NCBI GenBank assembly: GCA_963662315.1
Contig: OY759353.1
Span: forward strand, 736,001 to 800,000
DNA from: Geopsychrobacteraceae bacterium
GTDB taxonomy: Bacteria; Desulfobacterota; Desulfuromonadia; Desulfuromonadales; Geopsychrobacteraceae
Direction: 5' to 3'
Length of the DNA stretch: 64,000 nt
Positions 62,639 to 64,000 of this stretch are shown in pieces. The notes below the pieces were generated by a model that was not told where the DNA came from, did no database searches, and saw only the letters and a program-made list of their open reading frames with translations. Numbering within the stretch: position 1 is the stretch's first letter; each line of letters opens with the position of its first letter. A program made the position numbers and the translations under genes.

Positions 62639-63837
62639 GATTGCTTTAAGAGCTCCTGCATCAGTTTGTACCCGGGAAGAATATCGTTGCAGGCCTGCTT
62701 GGCGTAATTTTCAGTGTAAGAACAGTCCTTGTTATTCTGTTTTTTTGAAGAATCAAAAATAATATAGGGAACGGGGGCTGCCGTATGAGTACGTTTTGCA
62801 ACCGGGGTTGGGTGATCAGGGGTGATTAAAATTCGACAATCACCAATCTCATCAAGGTTGTCGAGAATAGTCCCAACAACCTCTTTGTCAAAACTTTCTA
62901 TGGCGCCAATCTTTTCTTGCAGCAGTCCGCCGTGGGCCGCTTCATCAGGAGCTTCAACATGAACGTAGACAAAATCTTTGTCTTTCAACGATGCAATTGC
63001 GTATTCGGCTTTACCTTTATAGTTGGTGTCAATATAGCCGGTTGCTCCGGGAACCTCGATGATATCCAACCCCGCATTTACCCCGATCCCTTTAATTAAA
63101 TCAACTGCAGAGATAACCGATCCGCTAAGTCCAAAAAGTTCCTTGTAGGTTTGCATCGAAGGTTTTTTGCCGTGCCCCCACAGCCAGATAGAGTTTGCAG
63201 GAACCTTATGGTCTGCAACCCTGCGATTGTTGACGGGGTGATCATGAAGCAGCATCTGGGCTGAATTAGTCAGGTCATAAAGAACGTCAGCGCCTTCCCC
63301 TTGGGGTAAGTAATCTTCGATACTTAGGGTTGAAATGTCATGTGGAGGGGTAAATGTCAGTTGTTCTTTGCCGTTTTTCCAGACCAGCAGGTGACGGTAT
63401 GAAACGCCAGGGTAAAACATAAATTCATCACCACCCAGTTCTTTCTGTAGGGTAGCAATAAGCTCTGAACTTTCTGATGTGCTGATGTGCCCTGCTGAGA
63501 AGTCACCCATATACAATTTACCGAAATGAGCTTCAAGCCAGACAAAGTTAAGTCGGAAAGCGACATCGTTAGGGTCTAAAGCCACTCCCATGCTGGCCGC
63601 TTCCAGTGGCGATCTGCCGGTATAGCAATCCTCGGGGTTGTAACCAAAAACTGATAGATTTGCGACATCGCTTCCAGGATGATACCCTGGTGGAACTGTC
63701 GCAGCGAGTCCAAGAAAGCCACTCCGGGCCAGGCGGTCCATATTGGGAGTGAAAGCAACTTCTAATGGTGTCTTCCCTCCTAAATCGGTATTGGGTTCAT
63801 CGGACATACCATCACCAAGAAGAACAATATATTTCAT
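62635..63837 (-). CDS. apgM: Cofactor-independent phosphoglycerate mutase (ApgM family)
   Basis: GDGMSD, KTPLEVA.TPNMD, PGSDVAN, HVEAPDEAAH, PDHPTP...HT. Confidence 0.9.
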   Translation of the reverse strand: MKYIVLLGDGMSDEPNTDLGGKTPLEVAFTPNMDRLARSGFLGLAATVPPGYHPGSDVANLSVFGYNPEDCYTGRSPLEAASMGVALDPNDVAFRLNFVWLEAHFGKLYMGDFSAGHISTSESSELIATLQKELGGDEFMFYPGVSYRHLLVWKNGKEQLTFTPPHDISTLSIEDYLPQGEGADVLYDLTNSAQMLLHDHPVNNRRVADHKVPANSIWLWGHGKKPSMQTYKELFGLSGSVISAVDLIKGIGVNAGLDIIEVPGATGYIDTNYKGKAEYAIASLKDKDFVYVHVEAPDEAAHGGLLQEKIGAIESFDKEVVGTILDNLDEIGDCRILITPDHPTPVAKRTHTAAPVPYIIFDSSKKQNNKDCSYTENYAKQACNDILPGYKLMQELLKQS

Positions 63838-63849
63838 TATTGCAACCTT

Positions 63850-64000
63850 TTAACCCCTCGGGTGAAATTGTGTGTGAATCTTTTTCAGACGCTCTTGCAG
63901 AACATGGGTGTATATCTGAGTCGTTGAAATATCTGCATGCCCCAGCATACTTTGAACCGAACGCAAATCTGCACCATTCTCAAGCAGGTGGGTCGCGAAA
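63850..64000 (-). CDS. xerD: Tyrosine recombinase XerD, 3' end only (5' part outside window)
   Basis: Not in the ORF track. Minus strand from 63999 translates [49 protein letters not shown]. Confidence 0.88.
   Translation of the reverse strand, partial: FATHLLENGADLRSVQSMLGHADISTTQIYTHVLQERLKKIHTQFHPRG

Overview
Chromosomal DNA from a bacterium that is probably in the Desulfuromonadales (Desulfobacterota), inferred from gene content and order. The window appears to span the replication terminus: genes point mostly rightward up to about 33.4 kb and mostly leftward after about 37 kb, and a 28-bp dif-like site lies at 33485-33512. The left arm carries a giant OmpA-repeat outer-membrane protein with a TPR/TolQR/TonB-C cluster resembling the Agl-Glt core, azlCD, a polar amino-acid ABC transporter, lepA-lepB, pyrR-pyrB-pyrC-carA-carB-greA and recG. 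The right arm carries tRNA-Pro, ppx, a Na/Pi symporter, ihfB, secG-tRNA-Leu, a pilT-like gene, the rimP-nusA-infB-rbfA-truB-rpsO-pnp region and the 3' end of xerD. The most notable object is a 2538-bp, integrase-free rolling-circle element inserted at dif. It encodes an unknown 136-aa protein, a Rep_trans initiator and a ribbon-helix-helix repressor. It also has two nick-site-like hairpins and a putative antisense RNA with three UUGGCG-loop hairpins behind a near-consensus promoter. Its right junction has an intact XerC arm and a degenerate XerD arm, like the Vibrio TLC satellite, and it is followed by a rep-deleted remnant of a related element. All calls come from reading the sequence; no database searches were run.
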